DNA of 63,258 bases, filler included, from Octopus bimaculoides (lineage: Eukaryota), in the NCBI RefSeq assembly GCF_001194135.2. It is 6 parts of 6 records of this genome, joined end to end, with 100 filler letters (N's around TTAATTAATTAA, not from the genome) between each part and the next. Parts side by side here need not be neighbours in the genome. Positions count along the whole stretch, not along the records: positions 24,902 to 42,892 come from NC_068981.1; positions 42,993 to 55,358 come from NC_068997.1; 4 more parts are not named here. One strand, written 5' to 3'. The notes under the pieces were generated by a model. That model worked only from the letters and a program-made list of their open reading frames with translations. It did no database searches and had not been told where the DNA came from. Both the position numbers and the translations under genes were made by a program. Positions 37,664-50,379 of this stretch are shown in pieces. How positions within the stretch are numbered: position 1 is the first letter of the stretch; each line of letters starts with the position of its first letter.

Positions 37664-38115
37664 NNNNNNNNNNNNNNNNNNNNNNNNNNNNNNNNNNNNN
37701 NNNNNNNNNNNNNNNNNNNNNNNNNNNNNNNNNNNNNNNNNNNNNNNNNNNNNNNNNNNNNNNNNNNNNNNNNNNNNNNNNNNNNNNNNNNNNNNNNNNN
37801 NNNNNNNNNNNNNNNNNNNNNNNNNNNNNNNNNNNNNNNNNNNNNNNNNNNNNNNNNNNNNNNNNNNNNNNNNNNNNNNNNNNNNNNNNNNNNNNNNNNN
37901 NNNNNNNNNNNNNNNNNNNNNNNNNNNNNNNNNNNNNNNNNNNNNNNNNNNNNNNNNNNNNNNNNNNNNNNNNNNNNNNNNNNNNNNNNNNNNNNNNNNN
38001 NNNNNNNNNNNNNNNNNNNNNNNNNNNNNNNNNNNNNNNNNNNNNNNNNNNNNNNNNNNNNNNNNNNNNNNNNNNNNNNNNNNNNNNNNNNNNNNNNNNN
38101 NNNNNNNNNNNNNNN

Positions 38116-38187
<72 letters not shown>

Positions 38188-38317
38188 TGTTGGCTATGGC
38201 CGGTTATTTTATATGTTGATATCTGTCTGTCTATCTATCTGTCTGTCTGTCTGTCTCCTGCCATATCTATATATGTTGATGCATATAACTACCTTCATTT
38301 ATACATATTCTTTCATC

Positions 38318-38695
38318 TGTTTCAGTCATTTGACTATGGCCATACTGGAGCACTGCCTTTAGTCGAGCAAATCGACCCCAGGACTTATTCTTTGTAAGCC
38401 TAGTACTTATTCTATCGGTCACTTTTTCCGAACCGCTAGATTACGGGGATGTAAACACACCAACATCGTTTGTCAAGCGATGGTGGGGTGGGGTGGGTCC
38501 AAACGCAGACACAAAGACACACACCCACCCGACGGGCTTCTTTCAGTTTCTGTCTACCAAATCCACTCACAAGGTTTTTTTGTCGGCCCGAGACTATAGT
38601 GGAAGACAATTTGCCCAAGGTGCCACGCAGTGAGACTGAACCCAGAACCACGTGGTTAGGAAGCAAGCTTCTTATCCCACAGCCACGCCTGCACT
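38318..38695 (-). mobile_element. Family D SINE, full length
   Basis: Both halves joined by a short CA/GT-rich linker. Confidence 0.85.
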
Positions 38696-39572
38696 TGTAG
38701 ACACCACACATATAATTTCTCAGCCATATTGAATATTGAATATTGAAGAAGTTGGCTTGTCACTCATGAGGTGTCTGGTTCGATCCTGCGTGGTATCTTT
38801 GGCGGGTTCCTTTACTAAAATCTCGAGTCACAACAGTGTCATGTGATCGGTTTATTTAGCAGTTAATCAGCGTCAAGCTATGGAGTGATTTAGTCTTCAA
38901 GAATTTGCTTGTACCCTTTAAAAAGCTGCTTCTGATGGTAATTAATTACAGAATGTTGAGAATAGCTGAACGACATTTGCTTCCATTCTTGCCATTAAAC
39001 GGTAGACGACCAACGTAGACGGCCTGGGACAGACGACCAAGGACTTCCGTCAACACGAAGATAACTGGATTGATTTCAGCTATGCTGGGCTGACCACATG
39101 TTACCGTACCGGAAGCTTTCTGTAATCTTAGAACAGTATATCTTTCCCAGTCTGTAATTATTGCTATTGTTAATTGTAAATGGCGGACACAGATTGTCTT
39201 TACGTTCGTCTATAAATACTTCGGTTAAATATTCCCAGGTGTTCAGTTATCTTTTTCATGCAACCAAAGAGACAATAGCATTTAACCCGACATGGCCAAC
39301 ACCCATAGCGACAAAGTGGTTGGGTATTTGACAGACATGTTATATCCTTAACATCACTTACATGATAGGATGAGCGTGACAGTGTGTATGTTTTCAATTA
39401 CAGGTATGATTCACCCGACAGGTGTTTGTACTGTGTCCGGTTACTCAATTTCAATCACGAGTGCAGAGGAAATATTTGCCTAAGGTGCTACTCTGTTGGA
39501 TCGAAACCGAGACTTCGTGGTTGTGAAACAAACTTCTTAAGCGTTCGACCATACTGCACTTACACTTACATT

Positions 39573-39598
<26 letters not shown>

Positions 39599-39603
<5 letters not shown>

Positions 39604-39772
39604 GTCGCTTCGTTATATCAACCAGCTATCGACTATTCGAAATAGTTGTAAAGATAAGAGTTGATTACATCACACACACACACACACTCACACACACACG
39701 CATAAATCATGATATCATAACGAACAGGAAATGACATAACTAAATAAAGAATTTGACAGCCTCCCTGCTACA

Positions 39773-39821
<49 letters not shown>

Positions 39822-39889
39822 TTGCTTCGTTATATCAACCAGCTATCGACTATTCGAAACAGTTGTAAAGATAAGAGTTGATTACATCA
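39599..39889. repeat. 74-bp direct repeat pair embedded in (CA)n tracts
   Basis: 39599-39672 vs 39816-39889 (GCTTCGTTATATCAACCAGCTATCGACTATTCGAAA...). Confidence 0.9.
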
Positions 39890-39970
39890 TGTAAATTGTA
39901 AACGCACCTTCTCATATAAATACATTCTTTACAATTGCTGCCGTGTTTGTATTCTCTCTGTCACTTTTCA

Positions 39971-40029
<59 letters not shown>

Positions 40030-40404
40030 TTCGGAATAAGACCAGTCATTTTGAGAGAATGGGATTAGTCGGTATCATCTACGAGTTCGGCCATGTTGAT
40101 CAATTTTGTGATCTTGGATAAAAGTGATGTTACTGCCACCTTTTCTACAAAAGTGAGTCTGCCCTTGAGGTCCACTTGTATCTCCCAGTTTGAGTCGTGA
40201 CACAAGATAAATGAATCTATTACAGCTGTTTTTGTCAGACAAGGCTTACAAAGAATAAGTCCTGGCGTCGACTAAAACCGCTCAATTCGGTGCTCCAGCA
40301 TGGCTGCAGTCAAAATTACCGAAACAATTAAAAAACTAATAAAATATTATAAGGAATTGTATTAAAAAAAATTCTTTTTAAATATTTTGTTTATTGTAGA
40401 AATA

Positions 40405-41323
40405 CAGGGTGTTCAGCAGGTCTCTCCATAGTAAGTATTTTATTGCAAAATAAATATTTCTAAGATGGTATAAGAAGACTACAAACGAATATATTAGACT
40501 TTACAAGACTTTAGAAAACTTTATAAGAAGTGTTGAAAGTGTCGTCCTTCATTTTCAATACAGAAGTTGACCCTTCTACACACGTTTTGAAATACCGTAA
40601 ATCCTCGAGTATAGCCCGCCCTTGAGTATAATACGCAGGGGAATTTTTAGGGGGCCGTACCTCTGAAAAACCTAAACCTTGTGTATAATACGCACCCCTT
40701 CTCTAACTTGAGTCAAGGAGGTCTATATAACGTCCTTGGTTTGTAAATATATATACGGTAACGTCCTTTATTATTATTGTATATATATAACATAATGCAA
40801 ATGTGTAGCTTTTTTATGCACTTTGTTTGCAGAAAATAAAGAAATAACAGTAATAACGTCAGTGAAAAATAAATATTAAGTAAGTTGCCTTTACATATTT
40901 ATCACTTAGAAAATTTTGCTTAGAAAATATTTTTCATTTTTAACCTCGTATATAGTACGCACTAGAAATTTTGACCTTTAAATTTTGGGGAAAAAAAAGT
41001 GCGGATTATACTCGAGGATTTACGGTACATCTTGGAGTGTCTGACGCGGTATGGACCGTGTGAAAGTTATGATTGGGTCTTTTAGCTCATTAATGGTTTC
41101 CGGGCGATTCTTGTACATTGATCCTTTATTTGCTCCCCCAGTACAAAAAACCTGGCGGTGTTAAAATCAGGGGATTTTGGTGGCCAAAGTCCCTTCGAAA
41201 TAATCCGTTCACTTTCATTGAGTTGGCCTAGAAATGGATAGACAATATTTGAGCAATATCTTTCGGTGTTGATTGATGGTGTCTTCAAAAAAATCACTGC
41301 AAAGAGACTTTTTGAACACCCTG
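40405..41323 (-). mobile_element. Deleted Tc1/mariner (maT/DD37D-like) element
   Basis: TA-CAGGGTGTTCA / TGAACACCCTG-TA; WPPKSPDFN and CIENEGRHFQH peptides on the minus strand. Confidence 0.85.
40595..41025. mobile_element. pogo/Tigger-like MITE nested in the Tc1/mariner element
   Basis: 19-bp perfect TIR CCGTAAATCCTCGAGTATA, TA flanks on both sides. Confidence 0.85.
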
Positions 41324-41494
41324 TATAACCAGTTAACTGCATGTAGACTTTAACAACAAAATCTTATGTGGACCCCCAGGGATAATGTGGACTCCAGTTG
41401 CGAATTACGGTGTAAAGGTTCCTCGACAAATTTAATTCCTGGGATTGCTGTATGACAGGGTGGACATAGTAATAAATAAATGAATTTATAAATA

Positions 41495-41815
41495 AACAAG
41501 AGTACTCAGAGAGCACAAGCCTCCACCAAGGCAACACTAATGTCCTCTCAACGATTAGCCGGAGAGGATTTTAAAATGAGAATATCTGAAATCAACTCGA
41601 TTGCTCTCACAAACGAGAATATTAAAAATGAATCCGACCGCTCTCAAAAATTAAGTAAAAAAACCGGAAAAATAATCCAGAATCTTTGTCCGGAAAAATA
41701 ATCCAGAATCCGAATCCATCCAGTGGTTCTTGAGATATCTTGTCCACGGACAAACAAACACAAACAAACGCGACTGAAAACAATACCTCCGCCTTAGCGA
41801 AGGCTGAGGTAATAA
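41495..41815 (+). mobile_element. Helentron-associated (HINE/DINE-1-like) element
   Basis: 3' stem-loop TACCTCCGCCTT-AGCG-AAGGCTGAGGTA, (CAAA)n segment, 21-bp internal duplication, related 5' subterminal motif. Confidence 0.5.
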
Positions 41816-42369
41816 GAATGGTTATGAAATGCCTTCCTGCTCTTTTATTCTCACTCTCTCATTGTAATTCTCCCACGTGACGACAATGGTTCTGTTGCTG
41901 CTGCTGCAACTTGTACATGTGTCCGTTGCACGAAATTCTTTGATGCTTTGACATTTAAGAATGGCTGGAAATCGTGGCATTTTATTTGACAATTTCCTCC
42001 TTCCCGCCTGTCATTAAGTACACTTGATAAACATTTTAAACAATTCTTTTATATTTCAAACAACGACACCCACCACCGTCACCCCTTCCTCTCACATCAC
42101 CACTGCTATCATCATCATCACAACCACAGCCGCCGCCACCACCACCACTATATCCATCACTACAACCAAATAGAAAATATCCAAATTATCTCCTCTTCTC
42201 AAGTGGAGGCATTTTAATTGCCATTTGGTAATTATAATACATCTAGGAGCGAAGATAGTTTTGATAAATCAAAAATTTATATTGTATGGTGTTTGATACA
42301 CCTGTATCTTTCGCTGTTTTTCAAATACATGTCACTGGCCGCTTTCAGTAATCTCTGTTAGATCATTTT

Positions 42370-42892
42370 TGCTTCTCTTCACGTCTCTTCACTCCTACTT
42401 CTCTTCACTCCTACCTCTCTTCATTCCTACTTCTCTTCATTCCTACTTCTCTTCACACCTACTTCTCTTCACTCCTACTTCTCTTCCTACTTCTCTTCAC
42501 TCCCACTTCTCTTCACCCCTACTCTTTCTCTCCTCTCTCTTACTCTCTCTCACTCTCATCTTTCTTACTCTCCCCTCTCTCACTCTTACTCTCTCACCCT
42601 TACTCTCTTACTCTCTCTCACTCTCTTCTCTCTTTCACTCTCTCACTCTCTTCTCTCTCACTCTCTTTCTCTCTCTCTCTCTCACTCTCTTCTCTCTTTC
42701 CCTCTCTCTCACTCTCTTCTCTCTTTCTCTCCTTCTCTTTCTCCCCCTCCCATACCCACCTTCCCCTCTCTTACATCCACCTTCCCTCTCTTATACCCAC
42801 CCTCTCTCCTCTCTTTCTCCCCCTCCCATACCCACCTTCCCCCTCTCTTACATCCACCTTCCCCTTCCCCTTCATCGTCAACCCCCCTCATA
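42370..42892. repeat. Polypyrimidine region: ~16-bp minisatellite (TCTCTTCACTCCTACT), (CT)n and a duplicated ~48-bp block
   Basis: Direct inspection. Confidence 0.9.
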
Positions 42893-42992
42893 NNNNNNNN
42901 NNNNNNNNNNNNNNNNNNNNNNNNNNNNNNNNNNNNTTAATTAATTAANNNNNNNNNNNNNNNNNNNNNNNNNNNNNNNNNNNNNNNNNNNN
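42893..42992. other. Artificial scaffold linker N44-TTAATTAATTAA-N44
   Basis: Same construct. Confidence 0.95.
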
Positions 42993-42999
42993 ATATATA

Positions 43000-43032
<33 letters not shown>

Positions 43033-43179
43033 ATGTTCGTATAAATATATATACACAGAGATAGAGTGAGAGCGGGGAAAGAGCAGATAAGAGAAGAGAA
43101 GTGAGGTGAGAGAATAGATGTTTGTTCTCTAAGTTTACAGCCACTTCATGATTGATAGGTATCGCGAATATAACAGATA

Positions 43180-43306
43180 TTCTTTTCTACTCTAGGCACA
43201 AAGGCCCGAAATTTTGGGGGAGGGGATCAGTCGATTAGATCGACCCGAGTAGGCAACTGGTACTTAATTTATCGACCCCGAAAGGATGAAAGGCAAAGTC
43301 GACGTC
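43180..43306 (-). mobile_element. Family B SINE 3' portion (tail type 2)
   Basis: Family signature. Confidence 0.8.
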
Positions 43307-43358
43307 ACCGGACAAATATAACAGATATTACATCATCCTTCACACGCATATAGAATAT

Positions 43359-43398
<40 letters not shown>

Positions 43399-44829
43399 AA
43401 AATATTTATATTTATATAAATTCCCACATATATAAACGTTGTATGAACACCAAACGTATACGTATTGTTACGCCACACGCGGAGCCCCTGAAACCACCTA
43501 CAACACAGTCTATGTCCGATAGCTCAGAAGACCGCATAGGCAAGCTCAGCATACCAACTTGCTTAGAGCAGAGAAAGCAGTAGTCAAAAAAGTCAGAAGT
43601 GTTGAAAATAACAAACAAAGCCGTTAAATTTAACTATGAATACAAGAACTTTAATTAAAAGTCTAATAACATTTATGGAATAAATAAACAGTTCTTCAGA
43701 GAGATTTTAGAGAGTTTTTTCATTTACCTCTAAAATGAGTAGACTTCTTTTGGTGAGCTCTTCTTTTATTCACCACTATAATGATTTATTTTCTTTTTTT
43801 TTATCTCTTTTTGTTTTCTACTGAAATCTTGTTACTTCCGAATTCACGGGACCATTTTGCCTTTTTTACGTTGCCAAGTGCACACTATTTTCGTAGTCAG
43901 TTCAAAACCGTCCACTGTTTGCATTAACTGCCGAAACCAACTTCACCCTCCGCACCAAATACTGTGTCAGCTGTTCTATAAGAAATTGTTCGTCACCATC
44001 ACTCACATCCACTGCCTCACATGGTATCGACTACTGCATAAAACCTTTCACATCGGCTTCCAGCACATCACACATCAACGTCGCACATCGTTTTCCTGTC
44101 CGAACAAAGAGCGGCGTTCTAATTCGCGTCGTACGAATGATTAATTATCTAAATTTAATTGTATTTGCTCGTAACAGTTTATTCTCACGTGTATAATGCA
44201 TACTTTCTTTACACTTTAATTGGCGCGGAATATGCTTACACATTTACTATACTAAGATATGTGTCATAAACTGCTAACAGCACACGAGGACATGCCCTGG
44301 TATACATTGTTTTCAAGAGTAATTGTAACGTAAAGAAAGTAGCTACTTCCAAAGTCCCTGGTTATTTCCCTCCTCTTATCTGTGCATTACATATTCTATT
44401 TTAAAACACCTGATAATGTCTGAGATCTTGCAAAATTTCATGTAGCCAAATCCGAAATAAAGACGGTGTTACCATCATTTTTACATGAAGCATTTGAAAA
44501 TTGCGAATTACAAAATATGAAACCTATGGTAGTGTGGAAAATCTACAAATAATGAAAGTATCCTCGAATGCAGTGGTGAGTACTCATTCGCACTGTTCGC
44601 CACTATTGTAAAATATTTCTAGACTTCTAAAGGGACAATGATATGAAAGAAGAAAAAAAGGTGGAAGAGGAGAATGTGGAGAAGCTGGGGACGTTAGCTT
44701 TAAGTTTGTCTATTTGTGTTTCAGTCATACTAATTCTATAAGATACAATACGCGAAATATTGCCATGTGTGAAAGCTATATTTGTTTCTAGTTAACTAAA
44801 ACATGTTTTGTTTTAGTTCAGTTGTTTAG

Positions 44830-45109
44830 AACAAGAATAGCTCTTGGAAAGTCAGCCATGATTGGACTAAAGAAAATTAGGAAAGATAAGTGAATGTCTT
44901 GAAGATGAAAGGAGAATGTGAGAAAGTGTGCGTGTGTGTGTATGTGAGAGCGAAAGAGAGTGAGAGAGAGAAGGAGAAAGATTGCTTAAATCAGTGGTAT
45001 TGCCAGTAATCATGTATGGATGTCGAAGCTCGACAATTAACAAACAAAATGGAAGGAAATTGATACGTTTGAAATGTGACTATTCTTCTTCTTCTTCTTC
45101 TTCTTCTTC

Positions 45110-45204
<95 letters not shown>

Positions 45205-45430
45205 GATATTATCATGGACGGTAAGAATAAGCGTAGATCAATACTGCAGCAAGTGAAACCTGAGAGTGGTTTAGTGGAATTGTTTGTAAGACAAAGATTA
45301 AAGTTGTTTGGTTTACGTGGGCAAATGACATAGGCAAAAAAAACTGAAGTTCAGAAGGTTAGAGGGTGACACAATTAAGGTGAACAGAGGAGATGAAGCG
45401 GGTATGTGGGTTGACGTGTTGAAATCAGTT
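44830..45430 (+). mobile_element. Degenerate RTE/BovB-like ORF2 C-terminal fragment broken by microsatellites
   Basis: RIALGKSAM..L.KI, LLKSVVLPVIMYGC.S.TI, SILQQVKPE...RQRLKLFG. Confidence 0.7.
45083..45205. repeat. (TTC)n(TTA)n microsatellite
   Basis: Direct inspection. Confidence 0.97.
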
Positions 45431-45809
45431 CCAGATGTGGAGTGATGTTGGAGACGGTATATCTATGAAAGAGTCGAAGTTACGAGGACATATAAATGAG
45501 ATTTGAAAGAGCAAATACATGATAGAAGACATTCCAACCCTAACTATTCCAGCTATAGTTCAGAGAGTATGTCTAGGACTTTCTTTTTTATCTAATGTGC
45601 CCCTTACATTTTTAAAGAAATATGATTTGAGAGAGATTTAGCTGCTATTTCGAGTAAGTCATGCCACCTCCTAAAGGCTCCCTCGTTGGTTCGTAACTTG
45701 ATTTGGTGCCGTTGTGGTCGGTTAGCTCAAATCTAGCCCTGTTGGTGAAAATCTATGATAATTTGCTCCATTCGTGACCATCAGGTCTTTTCGTCAGCTT
45801 GGCGTGTGT

Positions 45810-46316
45810 GTGTGTGATACGAAGCTTGCTTCCCACCTCATGGTTCCTGGTTCAGTTCCACTGCGTGACACTTTGGGCAAGTGTCTTCTACTATAGCCTC
45901 GGGCCGACCAAAGCCTTGCGAATGGGTTTTGTAAGAGGAAACTGAAAGAAGCCCGTCGTATACCAGTTGTCAAGCGGTGGTAGGGGGACAAACACAGATA
46001 GGACAAACAGACAGGACACACACACATACACACACATACACACACGCACACACATACATACATACATACATACATACATGCAAAAATACCCTTTTGATGT
46101 TGAAATTCCAATGAAGGAACCTTGGATCTAGGTTAGAAACCGATTCTTTCTCTATTGGCAAGAAATCTTGAAATAAACTGGATAAGGACATATATAGATA
46201 CATACATACATACATACATACATATCTACGTATNNNNNNNNNNNNNNNNNNNNNNNNNNNNNNNNNNNNNNNNNNNNNNNNNNNNNNNNNNNNNNNNNNN
46301 NNNNNNNNNNNNNNNN

Positions 46317-46361
<45 letters not shown>

Positions 46362-46610
46362 TATATACACACATATGTGTGTGTATGTATGTATGTATAT
46401 GTTTGTGTGTCTTTGTATATGTCCTACAACCGCTTAACAACTGGTATGAGTGTGTTTACGTCCCTGTAACTTAGCAGTTCGGCATAAGTAACCGACAGCA
46501 TAAATACTAGGCATTAAAGATATAAGCCATAGGGTTGGTTTATTCGACTAGAACCCATCGAAGTGGTGTCCCAGCATGGCCGCAGTCAAATGACTGAAAC
46601 AAGAAAAAGA
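45810..46610 (+). mobile_element. Family D SINE pieces (45810-46010, 46400-46610) around the (TACA)-tailed repeat and an N gap
   Basis: Family signatures on both sides. Confidence 0.6.
46081..46190 (+). mobile_element. Unclassified retroposon 3' end, second copy
   Basis: Matches 10657-10770. Confidence 0.6.
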
Positions 46611-47512
46611 TTTTAAAATGTAAGATAAACATTACATAAATCAATATAACTTGTCTTTCCTTTTTCGAAATAGGTGTGGTTTGACTGCTATTTCTTACCT
46701 GTGGTGGAGTGTTTCCTTTTTTTTTTTCTCTCTCTCTTTTACTTCCCATGTCAGAAGAAGTGCGATTAATGACGATCCAACCGTGACCATTCCGGGCTTT
46801 ATTTTAATATGTTACAACGCCTCTTATCGCTTGTATATTGCTGGCAAGCGAAATCTACGACAGAAAACGATTTGGAGCTGAGTTACTTAACTTCTTCTTT
46901 CCATGAATTTCCGGTTGTTGTCAATAAAGTTAGAGAAGCATATTTATATTCATATATTTATTTATTTATTTATATATTTATATCTTTCATTCAATCCATT
47001 TTCTATTAATATAAACCTCTGCAATGACTGAATACTGAATCGCATGGAAGTTATGTCTCTAAGTGAGATAAGATATGTCCAAAGTTATCCAACCATTCTC
47101 TCCAACACATGATACTTTCAGCAACGATCACCATTTACTTTATTTTTCCAGCAGATATCTTCCAATACCAAACGATGGTGGATCAGATATGATGGAAAAT
47201 GTTAAAACAAGTGTAGCCGTAGTTACTTGTTAACACACTCTCATCCGACAGTTCTGACTTGTTCTTTCTCACTGCACTCAGAAGACGTGTTGCTGGAGAA
47301 ATATCTATGGAAATTTTACATCTATCATCTTCTGACAGCAACCAATTTACGGATTTCCTGAGTGGCTTCAATTATTTCGTGTATGTTCTTCACTTTTCTC
47401 GCGAGATATCGAAGTATTTCCTGGTGACACTTCACTTTTGATAACATATATCTGGTGTCAATAAACAACAGAAATCCATTCATATTACACTGATCAGCTC
47501 CATACTTTAAAG

Positions 47513-47544
47513 TCTCTCTCTCTCTCATTCTCGCTCTTTCTCTC

Positions 47545-47640
<96 letters not shown>
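47513..47640. repeat. (CT)n microsatellite
   Basis: Direct inspection. Confidence 0.97.
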
Positions 47641-47641
<1 letters not shown>

Positions 47642-47914
47642 AAACTGATGTAAAACCGGAAGTTATTTCTTTAGAATGTTTATCTACGTTTATATATATG
47701 TGTGTCTCTGTGTGCGTGTGTGCGCGCGCGCGCGCGTGTGTTTGTGTTTGTTTGTGTGAAGTGAAAGAATATGCACAATTTCGTTGTCTTAGCATTTTTT
47801 CTAGTTTTTGCTGCCAAACTTTGAAATGAAAATATTAATTCAGACATGATGCATTACTTAGTTATTTCAGTAGTTTTATATGTGTGTGTATATATAAGTA
47901 TGTATGTATGTGTG

Positions 47915-47954
<40 letters not shown>

Positions 47955-48240
47955 TACACACACACCCTACCACCACCACACATTTCTCTCCGACAAATAC
48001 ACATAGAACTGTTCTCATAACCCAATGAAACTTTTCATTGGTGAAAACTGATAAACATCCTTCTGTTATACATTCGTTGCTTTCAACGTTAAGGCCATTT
48101 CGCCTGAGAAAATGAACACATAAACAATGATCCACTCGATATCTATGGATATTACGGACTGTAATGTAATCATCGTAGGAATACAGACTACGATCGTAAG
48201 AAACACGTGATTTGTGGAAACACGCGTAGCGATTCATTAG

Positions 48241-48276
<36 letters not shown>

Positions 48277-48948
48277 TTCAAAGCATATATATGACGACGA
48301 GATAAAATGATTCACATCTCATATACTGTAATATGACGGTATATGAGATGTGCATCCTTAAATAGTACACTCTCCCTGATAAAGGAGACAGTATCTAAAA
48401 TTTGGATAGGAATATCCTTTATTTGTATGGATTACTGTACCCTTGAAACGGTTGTCGGAGTATCACCACTTAATTCTTGAAATTAGACTACCACCATCTA
48501 ATCATTGCAAACTTTATCTTTCACTCGGATGTTTAACATTTCTTAATTCACTTTAATCCCCTAAGGTCGCGCGTGTGTGTGTGCGAGCGTGTATGCGGGC
48601 ATGTATATATATTCTGGCGAATGTGTGGGTGAGCATGTGTGTGTTTCAAGTGAGGGTGGATGAGTATATACATATAGGCGCATGTGCGTGGGTGTGCGGG
48701 CGCGCAAGTGTATGTATGGACATGCGCGCTTGCGGGATTACTATGAACACTTTTACTCCTTTACCTTTACTCCCTCCCCTTACTTAGCGGTCATCCTAAT
48801 AGCTCTTTTGTCTTAATAACAGTCAATCAAAGAGACACCAGCGTGTCGGATTTCCGACATGGATGTCGGATGTCGGGTTTCCGCCCCGACATCCGAAACT
48901 CGGAGTTTTATCATGGCTACCGAATAATTGTCACATATTATATCTACA

Positions 48949-48983
<35 letters not shown>

Positions 48984-49514
48984 NNNNNNNNNNNNNNNNN
49001 NNNNNNNNNNNNNNNNNNNNNNNNNNNNNNNNNNNNNNNNNNNNNNNNNNNNNNNNNNNNNNNNNNNNNNNNNNNNNNNNNNNNNNNNNNNNNNNNNNNN
49101 NNNNNNNNNNNNNNNNNNNNNNNNNNNNNNNNNNNNNNNNNNNNNNNNNNNNNNNNNNNNNNNNNNNNNNNNNNNNNNNNNNNNNNNNNNNNNNNNNNNN
49201 NNNNNNNNNNNNNNNNNNNNNNNNNNNNNNNNNNNNNNNNNNNNNNNNNNNNNNNNNNNNNNNNNNNNNNNNNNNNNNNNNNNNNNNNNNNNNNNNNNNN
49301 NNNNNNNNNNNNNNNNNNNNNNNNNNNNNNNNNNNNNNNNNNNNNNNNNNNNNNNNNNNNNNNNNNNNNNNNNNNNNNNNNNNNNNNNNNNNNNNNNNNN
49401 NNNNNNNNNNNNNNNNNNNNNNNNNNNNNNNNNNNNNNNNNNNNNNNNNNNNNNNNNNNNNNNNNNNNNNNNNNNNNNNNNNNNNNNNNNNNNNNNNNNN
49501 NNNNNNNNNNNNNN

Positions 49515-49562
<48 letters not shown>

Positions 49563-49569
49563 CATATTT

Positions 49570-49601
<32 letters not shown>

Positions 49602-50379
49602 CACAAAGCGAAGTTCTTAAGCACAGAATCATATCTGTGCTTCTCTTTCTCTGTGTGTGTGTTTGTGAGTGTGTGTATCTATGTGTGTATATAAATATAT
49701 GGATGTATTTGTGTGTGTATATGTGTGTGTGTGTATGTGTGTGTGTGTGTGTGTGTGCGTGCGAGTGCGTGTGTCTTTGTGTCTGTGTGTATCCGACTCC
49801 GTGTGATAGTGTATAGAGGGATATATTAATCAATGAAATTCCAGTTAAGTCTGATTTTCACGTATCATCATTTACAATTTTTACAATTTTACAATATTGA
49901 AGTAAACTAGAACTCTCATGCGTTCCGCATCTATCAGGTTTATGTAGTGATAGTCGTGTTCCTCAATTGATAACTGTAATCCTTCGATGAGTTCCAAGCA
50001 GGCTGAATCTTACAAACTGTATTTTGACCAATCATTATATGGCACAGATGTCGCGGTTTGATGAGCGCGCCAACTAAGTTTTAATTGTATGCAGCTTAGA
50101 CGTCACGGTTTGTTGGGCTCGTCAAGAATTCTTTACTTTGAATGCACCTAAACGAGTAACTATCGAGCTATATATTTTGAAATGTAAACAGCATTCCTGT
50201 TTTCATTGTTCTATTGTTACTATTCCAGAAATTTTAAATTTCAATCGAGTCAATGTCAATGTGGTCAACACTGCTACCATTCTTACCATCACCTTTATTC
50301 TTGCTGTTGTTAGTGGTGGAGATGGTAGCAGTAGTACGTATTATTATTATCACCAGCATCATTATAATTATCACCGTTA

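Noticed and set aside
43830-44140. GC-richer, coding-looking segment
   Set aside because: The minus frames I translated hit stops within about 45 codons and the plus ORF (43857-44144) has no recognisable motif; probably a decayed TE.
47990-48103. Possible minus-strand exon (RNGLNVESNECITEGCLSVFTNEKFHWVMR) after a ttttctcag acceptor
   Set aside because: No convincing donor, no recognisable homology and no partner exons.
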